Shown: positions 9,450 through 19,827 of the stretch, piece by piece | How the letters are laid out: every line of letters starts with the position of its first letter | Position numbering within the stretch: position 1 is the first letter of the stretch | DNA from: a virus | Taxonomy: Duplodnaviria > Caudoviricetes | DNA length: 64,000 bases | Virus record (IMG/VR): IMGVR_UViG_3300029288_006559 | Location: 1-64,000 of that record | Strand: one strand, 5' to 3' | Translations under genes and position numbers: made by a program | The notes under the pieces: model-generated | What the model was told of the DNA's origin: nothing | Databases searched by the model: none | What the model saw: only the letters and a program-made list of their open reading frames with translations

Positions 9450-11924
9450 GTGGATAAAACAAAAGTTCTTCTTATCAGTGACTCCATTCAACGTCCTACT
9501 GGAGTTGCTATACAATCCCTTAAATTGTGTGAGGGTCTTTTAAAAACAGGTAAGTACCAAGTAATACAGATTGCAGGGGGGGACCGTTCTTCTCCTTCAG
9601 CTCCTATTTACTTCAAGGGAGTAAAACTTTATACTACTGAAAAGCCCTACGGTGATCCTCAATTACTTAGGTACATTATGGCAGCAGATAAGCCAGATAT
9701 TGTGATTGCTTTTTCTGATCCGAGATTTTTTACCTGGCTTTTTCAGATGGATAATGAAATAAGAGATAGAGCAAGGTTAGTTTTTTATCATACTTGGGAT
9801 AATTATCCTTTTCCGAAGTTTAACCTTCCCTGGTATGCTTCTTGTGATGAAGTAATCATGCTTTCTCACTTTTCTTACAATCTTATGCAGTCCAACGGTG
9901 TTAAGTGTAGGTGTATACCTCATGGAATGGACCCTACAGAATTTTATCCTCTTGACGAGGCGAGTGTTTCTAAAGCCCGACAAAACTTTATTGCTCAAAG
10001 TCATGCCAAGGGCCCCGTAAATTTTGTTATCTTTTGGAACAATAGAAATATTTACAGAAAGCGCCCAGGAGATGTTTTGTGGGCTTACAAATCTTTTTCA
10101 GAAAAGTATCCCGATTCAATGTTAGTTTTAAATACCGACATTGCAGATCGAGAGGGAATTGATTTGATGCACTTTATTGATGATCATCAAATTACTGCTC
10201 CCATTATTTTTAATCCCCAGAGAATTCCATCTCATCAATTAAATGTGTTATATAATATTTCTGATGTCACTGTTAATATAGCCCTCAATGAAGGTTTTGG
10301 ATTATGTGTCTTGCCTACTACTTCTATTTATACTGAAAATGGAATAAAAGAAATACAATATTTATCTTTACAAGATAGGGTATTGACTCATACAGGAAAT
10401 TATGAAAAAGTAACAAATATAATGCCTAGAGAAGCAGATGAAACAGTTATTGAAATTACACCTCGTTTTATTTCTATGCCTGTAACAATGTCTAAGAATG
10501 ATAAAGTTTTTGCTATAAAAGGAAAGACTTGTTTTCCTTCTCAAAAAAGACCCTGTTATCCTTATTGTAAAAAACAATTTCTCCCCCCAGGAAATTGTAA
10601 AAAGGTATTTGAAGATTATAAACCAGAATGGATTAATTCTACTGAATTAAAAAAAGGAGATATATTATTATTTCCTAAAGAAAAATTTATAGAAGAAAAC
10701 CCGGTAGAATTTGACTTAGCCGAATTTGGAGTATTTGATTATACTGAATCTTTTATACAACCTTATGGAAGTAGAGTAAAACAACTTCCCCGATATATTA
10801 TCGCTGATGAAGGATTATTTAGATTATTAGGTTATTATTTAGCTGAAGGATCTCATACTAATAATCAAATAGAATTTGCTTTTCATAAAAAAGAAAAATT
10901 TTATGGGGAAGACGTTATTTTTTTAATGCAAAAATATTTTGGATTAAACGATGCTATTGTTAGATATCATAATAATGTATTGTCTATTCGGTATACTAGT
11001 ATTATTTTGGTTGAATTTTTTACAAAATTACTTGGCGCAATAGGCCCGCAAAAAGAATTAAATTCTGTTTTATTTAATTCCCCGATTAATTTATTAAAAG
11101 AGCTTTTGAAAGGTTACTGGAGGGGGGATGGATGCTTTAGTGAAAATTCTTATTTGTTTAGCACTTCTTCTAAAAGATTAGCTTATCAAATATTTTTAAT
11201 TCTTCAACGATTTAATATTTTACCTTGTTTAAGAAAAAGTTTACATCAATCTGAAAAAGGTAATGCCTTAATGTATACTATTACTGGAGAAAGATCAGCA
11301 TTATATTATCTTGATGATAACAAACCTGAAGAAAATAATAGAAATGATATGTATTGGCAAGATGAAAATTATTTTTATGTTCCTATACGTAAAGTAAGAG
11401 AGTACCCTTATAGGGGATTGCTTTATGATATTACTGTGAATAATGATCATTCTTTTGCTGCAGAAGGAATGATTTTACATAATTGCGTGGCCGAATCACT
11501 GTGTGCAGGCACCCCTGTAATTGTTACAGAAACAGGAGGTATGATCGAGCAAGCAAGGGCGAAGATTCATCACTCAGCTGTAAGTTCTAAAACCGAGACA
11601 GATGGCAAAAGCTGTCCAGAGCATGATGAGATTATAGAATATGGTAGAGTTCTTCCTCCTGATGCAAGATCGATGTTCGGTACTATGGGGGCTCCTTATA
11701 TCTTTCAAGATATTGTAGATTCTTCTACTTTAGTGAAGGCTTTTGAGGAAGCTTATAAGAGAACTAAAGAAGGGGATTGGAAAAAAACTTTAGGACCTAT
11801 AGGAAGAGAACACATTATACAAAACTTTCACATTGATACCACTATTAAACTATGGGATGAATTGTTGCAAGAATTGATTAAAAAACCATCCTCTTATAAT
11901 CGGTGGTCTGTAACAACTATTTAG
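9450..11924 (+). CDS. GT4 (GT-B) glycosyltransferase with intein
   Basis: N-terminal LLISDS...TG; RKRP; EGFGL[intein]CVAESLCAGTPVI donor-binding motif. Confidence 0.9.
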   Translation: MDKTKVLLISDSIQRPTGVAIQSLKLCEGLLKTGKYQVIQIAGGDRSSPSAPIYFKGVKLYTTEKPYGDPQLLRYIMAADKPDIVIAFSDPRFFTWLFQMDNEIRDRARLVFYHTWDNYPFPKFNLPWYASCDEVIMLSHFSYNLMQSNGVKCRCIPHGMDPTEFYPLDEASVSKARQNFIAQSHAKGPVNFVIFWNNRNIYRKRPGDVLWAYKSFSEKYPDSMLVLNTDIADREGIDLMHFIDDHQITAPIIFNPQRIPSHQLNVLYNISDVTVNIALNEGFGLCVLPTTSIYTENGIKEIQYLSLQDRVLTHTGNYEKVTNIMPREADETVIEITPRFISMPVTMSKNDKVFAIKGKTCFPSQKRPCYPYCKKQFLPPGNCKKVFEDYKPEWINSTELKKGDILLFPKEKFIEENPVEFDLAEFGVFDYTESFIQPYGSRVKQLPRYIIADEGLFRLLGYYLAEGSHTNNQIEFAFHKKEKFYGEDVIFLMQKYFGLNDAIVRYHNNVLSIRYTSIILVEFFTKLLGAIGPQKELNSVLFNSPINLLKELLKGYWRGDGCFSENSYLFSTSSKRLAYQIFLILQRFNILPCLRKSLHQSEKGNALMYTITGERSALYYLDDNKPEENNRNDMYWQDENYFYVPIRKVREYPYRGLLYDITVNNDHSFAAEGMILHNCVAESLCAGTPVIVTETGGMIEQARAKIHHSAVSSKTETDGKSCPEHDEIIEYGRVLPPDARSMFGTMGAPYIFQDIVDSSTLVKAFEEAYKRTKEGDWKKTLGPIGREHIIQNFHIDTTIKLWDELLQELIKKPSSYNRWSVTTI
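10305..11483 (+). mobile_element. intein (393 aa) with LAGLIDADG homing endonuclease in GT4
   Basis: Starts CVLPTT, ends MILHN|C; LLGYYLAEGS and LLKGYWRGDG motifs. Confidence 0.92.
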
Positions 11925-11935
11925 GTAGAAAGAGA

Positions 11936-13141
11936 ATGAAACCCAACTTAATTGTTCAAGCTCCTGTTTTTAGCGTTAGTGGATACGGAGCGCATGCTCG
12001 TGACATTGTTCTAGGTCTTTACAATTCGGGAAAGTATAATATTAGTATTCTTCCAACTCAATGGGGAAGAACTTCTGTTTCCGATAAATTTTCCATTCAA
12101 GGAGCTGAAGTTATAGCTTCTTTGGTAAATAATAGGATCTCTCCACAAGCTGAATCTACATTTGTACATATTGGTTTACCTCCTGAAGTAAAGAAAATCA
12201 AAGGTAAAAAGGTTATATGCATTACTGCAGGAATTGAGAGCGACAGGCTTCCTACCGGATGGGCAGAATCATGCAATCAAAACCTTGATGCTTTAATCGT
12301 ACCCTCTTTCTTTATGAAAGATCTTTTTATAAGAAGTGGTGTAACAATTCCTGTATATGTTGTTGGGGAGGGGGCTGACACAACAATTTTCAATAATACT
12401 TCAAAACCTCCCTTGTTACCTTCTTCTCTAGACACAGAGTTTAATTTTTTAACAGCTGGTCAATGGATGCCCCACACAGCTATAACTGATAGAAAAGGAA
12501 TAGGAAGACTTATCAAGTGGTTTTGCGAGGTATTTGCCGATGATAAGAAAGTAGGTTTAGTTATAAAGACTATGTCTACTAATGTTTCTTCTTCAGATCG
12601 TTGGATTACAGAGAAAAGATTAAGGTCTCTTAAAGGAAACAAAATCTTGCCTCGTATTTATCTCGTTCATGGAGACATGACTGACCTAGAAATGTCTCGT
12701 CTTTACACAGATCCTCAAATACACGCTTTTGTTTCTTGTACTTCTGGTGAGGGTTTCGGAAGAACGTTACTTGAAGCTGCTGTATCCGACTTACCTACTC
12801 TAGCTACTGGTTGGTCTGGTCACATGGATTTTATGCATTCAGATCTTTCTACAATCTTTGAGTATGATCTTACACCTTTAACCCCAGAGAATTTTTGTCC
12901 CGGTCTTTTAGAACCCAGTATGCAATGGGCAATTCCGAAAGAAGTAGATGTAAAGCGTAAACTCAGGCGTTGTGTCGAGGGTTATTCTATTGCTAAAGAG
13001 AGAGCTATTAAATTAGGAGCACACTGTAGAGAAAAGTTTAGTAAAGAAAAAACAGATAAGGACTTGTTAGATGTATTTAGTGAAATTATTAAGCCTGTAT
13101 CTAATATAATTATACCCGGAGTTCAAATGGAGCAAATGTAA
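11936..13141 (+). CDS. GT4 glycosyltransferase
   Basis: SVSGYGAHAR, DRKG, GEGFGRTLLEAA motifs. Confidence 0.9.
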   Translation: MKPNLIVQAPVFSVSGYGAHARDIVLGLYNSGKYNISILPTQWGRTSVSDKFSIQGAEVIASLVNNRISPQAESTFVHIGLPPEVKKIKGKKVICITAGIESDRLPTGWAESCNQNLDALIVPSFFMKDLFIRSGVTIPVYVVGEGADTTIFNNTSKPPLLPSSLDTEFNFLTAGQWMPHTAITDRKGIGRLIKWFCEVFADDKKVGLVIKTMSTNVSSSDRWITEKRLRSLKGNKILPRIYLVHGDMTDLEMSRLYTDPQIHAFVSCTSGEGFGRTLLEAAVSDLPTLATGWSGHMDFMHSDLSTIFEYDLTPLTPENFCPGLLEPSMQWAIPKEVDVKRKLRRCVEGYSIAKERAIKLGAHCREKFSKEKTDKDLLDVFSEIIKPVSNIIIPGVQMEQM

Positions 13142-15105
13142 TGAGTAATGCAACACTTTGTATTATTATTCCTGTATATAATCAACTTTTCTATACAAAG
13201 AAAGTGTTAGAAAGTATAGAAAAGCATGAGCAACATTCTTACGATAAAATCGTAATTATTGTTGTAAATAATGCTTCGACAGACGGTACAAAAGAATGGT
13301 TATATCGAAAATGGTGTGGGGATGAAAGACTTGAGAATTATTCTAGCGGTATTATTAGATTAATATGTTCTATATCATTAGAAAAGTGTGTTATAAATAA
13401 TAAAGTAAATCTTGGATACGGACCTGCTATTAATGTTGCTTTAAAGGTTGTTTTAGAAGATAAATCTCTTCAAGATTCTGATATTCTTTTAATGAACAAC
13501 GATATGGAGTTGCTTCCTAATTGTATTGATAAATTAAAAGAAGCCTCTTACGAAGTTTTTGATGAAAAGAAAACAGGAATTGTAGGGGGTAAATTATTAT
13601 TTCCAGACGGGGTAATTCAACACGGAGGGGCTTTTTTAACTTCGTTTGGATGGGGGTGCCACAAGTTCGGAGGTGTTAGAGACGATCAAATAATTGTTGA
13701 TCAGAAAATAAATCCCCAAGAGTATGTTACAGGGGCTTTATTTTTTATAACTAATGAATGTTTCAAAAAAATAGGCTTGTTTGACGAGCGCTTTGCCCCA
13801 GCTTACTTCGAAGAAGTAGACTACTCTTTTAGAGCTCGAGATAACAATTATCAGATTATATATACCCCCTTTGCTAGAGCAATTCACTATGAGAATATTA
13901 CGTCGAAAGCTTTGAGTCCTTCAGGAAATGCTCCTTCAGAATTAAGTCATAAAAACCAAGTTAAGTTTTACCTGAAAAGAGAAGATATTCCTTATACTCC
14001 TACTTCTGAACACAAGCTTTTAATATGCTCCCAAATCCACGGGTTCTGGTCTTTTGCAACAGTAATGAAAAATTTTGCAAAAGGATTAGCTCGTAACGGT
14101 GTTGACATAGCCATTGCTCCTCAAGATTATCATACAGGTGAGAGTATCGATGATTGGGAAATTAAGCAAATGGTCGACAAACCCCACGATTGGTGGGATA
14201 GGGTAGTACTGAGGAGTGCTGAAGGAGATGATATGACTCAACTACCCCCTGGCAAGTTGAGAGTTGCACATACTACCGGAGAAAATAGTCGGATACCTCC
14301 TTCCTGGATATCTCAGTTGAATCATGTAGATAAAATTCTAACTACTTCTACATTTTTTAAGGGAGTGATGGAAAACAGTGGAGTAAAAACTCCTATCTAT
14401 GTTGTTCCCAATGCTGTAGATACTTCTATTTTTAATCTAGATGTAAAAAAATTACCTGTTGGAGACTTGCGAGGATTTAATTTTGTGTCTATGTTTCATT
14501 TTGGTACGCGTAAAGCCCCTGAAGTGTTATTAAAAGCTTTTGCTGAAGAGTTTGCCCCCGACGAAGATGTTAGTTTAACTATTCATAGTCTATCTATGCA
14601 ATACGTTATAGAAAATCAGTTAAAAATATCCTTAAAAGAATGGGTTTCTCGTATTTGCGGCCATAAACCTCACGCTCCTATCTATATTACTACCAGTCCT
14701 ATGCAGATGGGTGTTATTGGTTCTTTTTACAAAAACTTTGATGTATTTGTGTTACCGACAAGGTGTGAGGGGTTTGGGCTTCCGTTAGCCGAAGCCGCAG
14801 CCTGTGGGTTACCTAGTATTGTAACAGGTTACAGTGGAGTTCTAGATGTAGTTAACAACGATACAGGTTGGCTATTGGATTATGAATTAAAGCCTATGCC
14901 CTTACAAATAGTCCCTTATTTTAAGAACTACCTTGGAGGAGTTTGGGCCGAGCCTAATGTTGAACATTTAAAAACTTTAATGAGACATGTATTTAAGAAT
15001 AGGGAAGAAGTAAAAAAGAAGGGTAAATTAGCTTTTAATAATTCAAAGCAATTCTCTATCGATGAAGTTGGTAAGGTTGCAAAAAAAGCCATTTTTGAGG
15101 TATAA
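13141..15105 (+). CDS. GT2-GT4 bifunctional glycosyltransferase
   Basis: IIIPVYN, NNAS.DGT, LMNND, FEEVDY (GT2); RKAP, EGFGLPLAEAAACG (GT4). Confidence 0.9.
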   Translation: MSNATLCIIIPVYNQLFYTKKVLESIEKHEQHSYDKIVIIVVNNASTDGTKEWLYRKWCGDERLENYSSGIIRLICSISLEKCVINNKVNLGYGPAINVALKVVLEDKSLQDSDILLMNNDMELLPNCIDKLKEASYEVFDEKKTGIVGGKLLFPDGVIQHGGAFLTSFGWGCHKFGGVRDDQIIVDQKINPQEYVTGALFFITNECFKKIGLFDERFAPAYFEEVDYSFRARDNNYQIIYTPFARAIHYENITSKALSPSGNAPSELSHKNQVKFYLKREDIPYTPTSEHKLLICSQIHGFWSFATVMKNFAKGLARNGVDIAIAPQDYHTGESIDDWEIKQMVDKPHDWWDRVVLRSAEGDDMTQLPPGKLRVAHTTGENSRIPPSWISQLNHVDKILTTSTFFKGVMENSGVKTPIYVVPNAVDTSIFNLDVKKLPVGDLRGFNFVSMFHFGTRKAPEVLLKAFAEEFAPDEDVSLTIHSLSMQYVIENQLKISLKEWVSRICGHKPHAPIYITTSPMQMGVIGSFYKNFDVFVLPTRCEGFGLPLAEAAACGLPSIVTGYSGVLDVVNNDTGWLLDYELKPMPLQIVPYFKNYLGGVWAEPNVEHLKTLMRHVFKNREEVKKKGKLAFNNSKQFSIDEVGKVAKKAIFEV

Positions 15106-15108
15106 GTT

Positions 15109-15438
15109 ATGTCTTTGACTGCGTTAGAAAAATTTAAGCTTCTAAAAGCCGGTAAGCCCATTCTAGAGGATGAAGATACTCTAAAATCTGCCACTCAATC
15201 TGCTCCTCAAAAGCCAAAGAAAGCTATCGAGAGAATTGAGAGGTTTTCACTAAAAGAATCTCCTTTAGATCCAGACTCTTCAAATGAGGCAACAGGAGAG
15301 CCCCATCCTAAGAAACTAGGAGAGCCTTGTAATCATCCTAAAGATAGAATATCTTCTGCTTATAGTCCATTAGTTGGAACAGTTAAGGTGTGTTTAGATT
15401 GCGGAAGGCAAATCAATGACAAAGACCTTGTTTCCTAA
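15109..15438 (+). CDS. hypothetical protein with C-terminal Zn motif
   Basis: CNH...CLDCG. Confidence 0.55.
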   Translation: MSLTALEKFKLLKAGKPILEDEDTLKSATQSAPQKPKKAIERIERFSLKESPLDPDSSNEATGEPHPKKLGEPCNHPKDRISSAYSPLVGTVKVCLDCGRQINDKDLVS

Positions 15439-16372
15439 AGATTTAATTATTCACATCCTCCCAGACAATTTAATCGTTTGTGGCGGAGTAAAAGTTCATA
15501 TTCAACTTTCTGAATTAGAACAAGAACTAGGCTATGATAGTTTTGTTGCTTTTCCAGAAAGAGCGGTACCAACATGGTTTAAACATTCTGCTACTTGTAT
15601 TTCTTACGATGATGCTAAAGATTTTTTACGAGCTGTTAAAGGAACTTCCGTAAAAAGGATTATTATTGGCTGGGAAGATATAGATGTTTTAGATAACTTT
15701 GATGCAGATACTAGAATTGCTTATATACAAGGAGAGTCTTTAATAAAGCATTCTTACAAAGCTTTTGAAGATTTTCTTGTACATTCTAACGGGCGAATTT
15801 GGTACAGTAGTAAATGGAACCGTAATGCGAATAAAGCCCCTGACGGGTCTCTTGTAAGTCCTTATATAAATACAGATATTTTTTATCCTGCTCTATATAA
15901 AGGTTATTATGGAAAGTTTCAAGTGCTAGTTTTAACACGCAAGCACGGTAGAGACGAATGGCAAAAAGTTGCAAATTGTTTATCTCCTGATGTACTGAAA
16001 GAATTTAATGTTATTTTTCATGATAATACTTCTGAGGATGAATTTGCTTCTGTATTACGTAGTTCGGATATTTTCTTCAATCACTCTTCTCCGGAAGGTC
16101 TAGGACTGCCTTCTTTAGAAGCTATGGCAAGTCAAGTGCTAGTTATAGGTTATCCCGGCGGGGGAGGAACAGATTTTATGAGAGAAGGGGTAAATTGTCT
16201 TAGTTCAAGAACAGGAGATGCAAAATCCGTCGCTACTGTTTTAGAAGATATTGCCGAAAACGGCTTTCCTCATAATTCTATTCTTGGGAGAGGTTATGAA
16301 ACAGCTGTAGAGTTATATTCAAAAGTTCGAACTTTTAATCAATTGAAGGTTGCCCTAGATGCCATTGTTTGA
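15416..16372 (+). CDS. GT4 glycosyltransferase
   Basis: CGGVKV; EGLGLPSLEAMAS. Confidence 0.85.
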   Translation: MTKTLFPKDLIIHILPDNLIVCGGVKVHIQLSELEQELGYDSFVAFPERAVPTWFKHSATCISYDDAKDFLRAVKGTSVKRIIIGWEDIDVLDNFDADTRIAYIQGESLIKHSYKAFEDFLVHSNGRIWYSSKWNRNANKAPDGSLVSPYINTDIFYPALYKGYYGKFQVLVLTRKHGRDEWQKVANCLSPDVLKEFNVIFHDNTSEDEFASVLRSSDIFFNHSSPEGLGLPSLEAMASQVLVIGYPGGGGTDFMREGVNCLSSRTGDAKSVATVLEDIAENGFPHNSILGRGYETAVELYSKVRTFNQLKVALDAIV

Positions 16373-16673
16373 TTTTAGGTGTTCTAAATGCTCCCAAAGA
16401 GATAGAGATGTCTTACTAAAAGCATCCGAAGATATAGTTACTTATGTCCGGAAGTGCAGCGTTTGCGGTGCTCAGATGATAGCTTTGTTCCCGACTGCAT
16501 TACATACGAAAATAGACAAAGTAGTAGATAGTAAAGATAGAAGTAAGATTGTAACAGAAAAAAATAAGAAGTTAAAGAAGCTACACGCGGGTTATGAGCA
16601 TGAAGAACAAAATTTGAGAAAAAAAATAAATAAAAAGGTACAAGAAAAATTAGCTAAGGAGAACAAGATATGA
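16359..16673 (+). CDS. FmdB-like zinc-ribbon protein
   Basis: MPLFDFRCSKC...CSVCG. Confidence 0.75.
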   Translation: MPLFDFRCSKCSQRDRDVLLKASEDIVTYVRKCSVCGAQMIALFPTALHTKIDKVVDSKDRSKIVTEKNKKLKKLHAGYEHEEQNLRKKINKKVQEKLAKENKI

Positions 16674-16918
16674 GTAGCACATTAGTTTGCAGACCTTTGA
16701 ATGTTCCGGGGGTTATACTATCTAATCAATTAAAGTATATATTACAAAAGAGGTATCAAGAGAGTTATGGGAATAAATTTAGCACTATTATAGACATGTG
16801 TCTTACCGAAATGGATATTCCTTATATAGATGGACTTATTGCCGCCGGTATTGAAGATGCTGTTAAGGTGAAAGAAGAAATTTTGAAATTTAGAGCAGTA
16901 AGGTTAAACGAAGAGTAG
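16670..16918 (+). CDS. hypothetical protein
   Basis: AAGGAG RBS, coupled. Confidence 0.6.
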   Translation: MSSTLVCRPLNVPGVILSNQLKYILQKRYQESYGNKFSTIIDMCLTEMDIPYIDGLIAAGIEDAVKVKEEILKFRAVRLNEE

Positions 16919-16929
16919 TTAGTATTATA

Positions 16930-17664
16930 ATGAGTACATTATCTATATTAGGTATTTGTCAAGATGAAGGAGAAGTAATAGGAGCTTATCTTGAAAGTTG
17001 CTTACATCTCAAATCGGTCTTGCAAGAAGACTTGAAAGAAGTTATTCTTGTAGATGGTGGAAGTAAAGACCATACCATTGAAGTAATTAATTCATATAAA
17101 GATAGACTCCCTATTGTTCTTATTGAGCATTCCTTTGATAGTTTCGGCCAGCAGAAAAATAGGGGATTAGATATAGCTACCGGAGATTATATTTTTGGTC
17201 CGGACACCGACATGACCTGGACTACAAACTTTCCTGATATTTTCAAATCTGGTTTCTATGACGTAGAAGATTTTTGGAATTTTAGAATTATTTTTACAGC
17301 CGATGATGCTTATCATTATTTCTATAAATGGCCGACAAACGCTAATGTACGCCTTTGGAAAAGAGGCCCCAAATTCGTTACTAACTTTCATGAGCAACTG
17401 GAGGGGGCAAACAGAAAAGCCGCTCCTCTAGATATTAAGGTTCTTTTGTTTGAAAACAGTTTTCGTCAGAGTGACGAAGCTTTACTAAACAGAGGAAAGC
17501 GTTACCAGAAGTTCACAGCCGAATTATCCGCTGTAGGATTTGGACCTGGGCCTGAAGATAGGTATTTGAACGCCGCTCATTCTCCAGAATCAGAAAAAAA
17601 TTCAATTCCAATGGAATATATTCCTCTTATTTTACCAAGTACAAATTTTAGGAGAAAACAGTGA
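16930..17664 (+). CDS. GT2 glycosyltransferase
   Basis: LVDGGSKDHT, QKNRG, DTD, HEQL. Confidence 0.88.
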   Translation: MSTLSILGICQDEGEVIGAYLESCLHLKSVLQEDLKEVILVDGGSKDHTIEVINSYKDRLPIVLIEHSFDSFGQQKNRGLDIATGDYIFGPDTDMTWTTNFPDIFKSGFYDVEDFWNFRIIFTADDAYHYFYKWPTNANVRLWKRGPKFVTNFHEQLEGANRKAAPLDIKVLLFENSFRQSDEALLNRGKRYQKFTAELSAVGFGPGPEDRYLNAAHSPESEKNSIPMEYIPLILPSTNFRRKQ

Positions 17665-18437
17665 TATCCGTTGTAACAGCCTGTTTAAATGAAGAAGAGA
17701 TGCTTCCTATTTATTTTGCTAGTTTATCTAAATTACCTAAAGATAAGTTGAAGGAAATAATAATTGTTGATGGTGGAAGTAATGACAAAACAATATCCAT
17801 TATTGAAAAAGCTTCGAAGTTTTTACCTGTAACTCTTATCGTAAAAAATGATATTAAATATGTCGCTCAACAAAAGAACTATGGTATTGCTTTAGCTACA
17901 GGTAAGTATATTCTTCCCTTAGATGCTGATGAAACCATCGATAGTTTACTTATCGAAAAGCTAGAAAAGTTACCCTCGTATAATGTTGCTTGGCAATTCA
18001 TGAAATGGTATACTATTCAAGATGTTAATCATCATGCTTTAAATCACAAAGGATTTCCCTGTCACAAGATTTTTCAAAACAGTCTTGGTATTCGTTATAA
18101 CAGAAAAATTCACGATCATTTTGTTTACCCAAAAGAAGAGTATGACGGGGGAGCTCTGAGGGGGGCTACTGTTCCTTTAGGGATAGCCTTAAATATACAT
18201 GTATTTGATAATAGACTTCTTTCTTCTGATGAAGGTTTGGAAAAGAAGTTTAATATTTGGAAAGATAGAGGGATTTTAGACCAGAGTAAAGAGGAAGGTA
18301 TTCCTATTGAATCAAATTTTTGGCTTGCTTCAAAAAGAGAACATTTAGCGAATCCGTCGACAATTCTTGATTTTCCTAAAATTGTTAAGGAGTGCATTCA
18401 TTGGACACTAGAGGATATTGAAACGTGGAAAGTGTAG
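17661..18437 (+). CDS. GT2 glycosyltransferase
   Basis: NEEE, VDGGSNDKT, QKNYG, LDADE. Confidence 0.9.
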   Translation: MISVVTACLNEEEMLPIYFASLSKLPKDKLKEIIIVDGGSNDKTISIIEKASKFLPVTLIVKNDIKYVAQQKNYGIALATGKYILPLDADETIDSLLIEKLEKLPSYNVAWQFMKWYTIQDVNHHALNHKGFPCHKIFQNSLGIRYNRKIHDHFVYPKEEYDGGALRGATVPLGIALNIHVFDNRLLSSDEGLEKKFNIWKDRGILDQSKEEGIPIESNFWLASKREHLANPSTILDFPKIVKECIHWTLEDIETWKV

Positions 18438-19120
18438 ATATAGATATTATTCTTCCTACTTGTAATAGAGTAGCTGATTTAGAAGAATCTTTGTACAGCT
18501 TAAACGATACTATGAGTTCAGGCTGTAAGGCCCGTTATATTTTTCTTCTTGAAGAGAACGATAATTGTTCAATAGATCTCTGTAAATCTGTTAAAGGTTC
18601 TATAATTGTTTTAAATACAGAACATCTTCCACTCGTTAAATTTTTTTCAATGGGGGTAGAAAAGTGTTCTTCAAAGTACATACTTTTTTGGAATGATGAT
18701 ATTTTTATGTTATCCGATGAGTGGGATCTTTCGTTAAAAGAATCTCTTAAAAGTTGTGATTTTGCAGGTTTAAACCTTACACGAAGGGGGAGTCATACTG
18801 ACTATTCTCCCCATACGGTTTTTGGTATTCCTTATGCCTTGATCGGAGGAACAACCCAAAAATTTCTTAAAGAATTTGGATTTCTTGACACTCAATATAA
18901 TCTTTGGTATGCGGATCCCGATTTTGCTTTGCGTATGGTTATGGCGGGGAAGATTCAAAAATGGGCTAACATTCTCGTATATCATAAAGGAGGACCCCCT
19001 ACACCCTCTTATTCTATGTCTGCTGGAGTAGACGAAAAATTTTTCTACGAAAGGTGGAATCCTAAAAGTAAAGAATTACAGGAAGCTTATACAAAAATAA
19101 AACATTTATGGTTAACATAG
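18425..19120 (+). CDS. GT2-like glycosyltransferase
   Basis: IILPTCNR, WNDD, YADPDF. Confidence 0.8.
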   Translation: MESVDIDIILPTCNRVADLEESLYSLNDTMSSGCKARYIFLLEENDNCSIDLCKSVKGSIIVLNTEHLPLVKFFSMGVEKCSSKYILFWNDDIFMLSDEWDLSLKESLKSCDFAGLNLTRRGSHTDYSPHTVFGIPYALIGGTTQKFLKEFGFLDTQYNLWYADPDFALRMVMAGKIQKWANILVYHKGGPPTPSYSMSAGVDEKFFYERWNPKSKELQEAYTKIKHLWLT

Positions 19121-19143
19121 TTAAAAAAGTAAGGATAAGAAAA

Positions 19144-19827
19144 ATGCTTAGTCAACAATGGGTTAACAAAGTGACATCTGAAGAAGATGGTATTACAGTA
19201 ATTGGGAAAGATGTAGAAGGACCTCCCTCAAATGCTATTGTTGAGGTTAAAGATATAGCAGATCCTAATATTCCTTTTGACTCACGAAATTTTTTTACTA
19301 ATGCTATAGCTATCGAAAAGTTCATAAATAAGCACCATCCAAAAACAGTGTGTGAATTAGGGTCTATGTTAGGAGCTAGTGCTAGGTTTTGGGCGGAAAG
19401 GGTAGAAAGGGTAGTCGCCATCGATCATTGGGACTGGAAGAGATTTGAGACTCTTGGGCAATCTCCTGAAGATCCTCCAAAAGATCCTACGTGGCCATTT
19501 TTCTTTGAAAGATTTGTTTCTAATTGTTATAGAACTAATTTGCAAAATAAAATAGCTTTGCTGAGGGCAACTACAGTTGAAGCTGCTGAATATTTAAAAC
19601 AAAATAATTTACATTTTGACGTTGTCTATATCGATGCTGAACATGCTTCTGTTAGTGTAAAGAGAGACATTGATCTTTATCTTCCGTTAGCTGATACCTT
19701 ATGTGGAGATGATTGGGGCTGGATAAATGAACCTTACAATGTTCAAGGGGCAGTTAAAGAAAAAGCAGAACAATACGGATTTAATATTTGCGCTGAAGGT
19801 AATTTTTGGTATTTTGAGAAGAAGTAA
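19144..19827 (+). CDS. class I SAM methyltransferase (Methyltransf_24-like)
   Basis: ELGSMLGAS, IDHW, YIDAEH, CGDDW. Confidence 0.85.
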   Translation: MLSQQWVNKVTSEEDGITVIGKDVEGPPSNAIVEVKDIADPNIPFDSRNFFTNAIAIEKFINKHHPKTVCELGSMLGASARFWAERVERVVAIDHWDWKRFETLGQSPEDPPKDPTWPFFFERFVSNCYRTNLQNKIALLRATTVEAAEYLKQNNLHFDVVYIDAEHASVSVKRDIDLYLPLADTLCGDDWGWINEPYNVQGAVKEKAEQYGFNICAEGNFWYFEKK

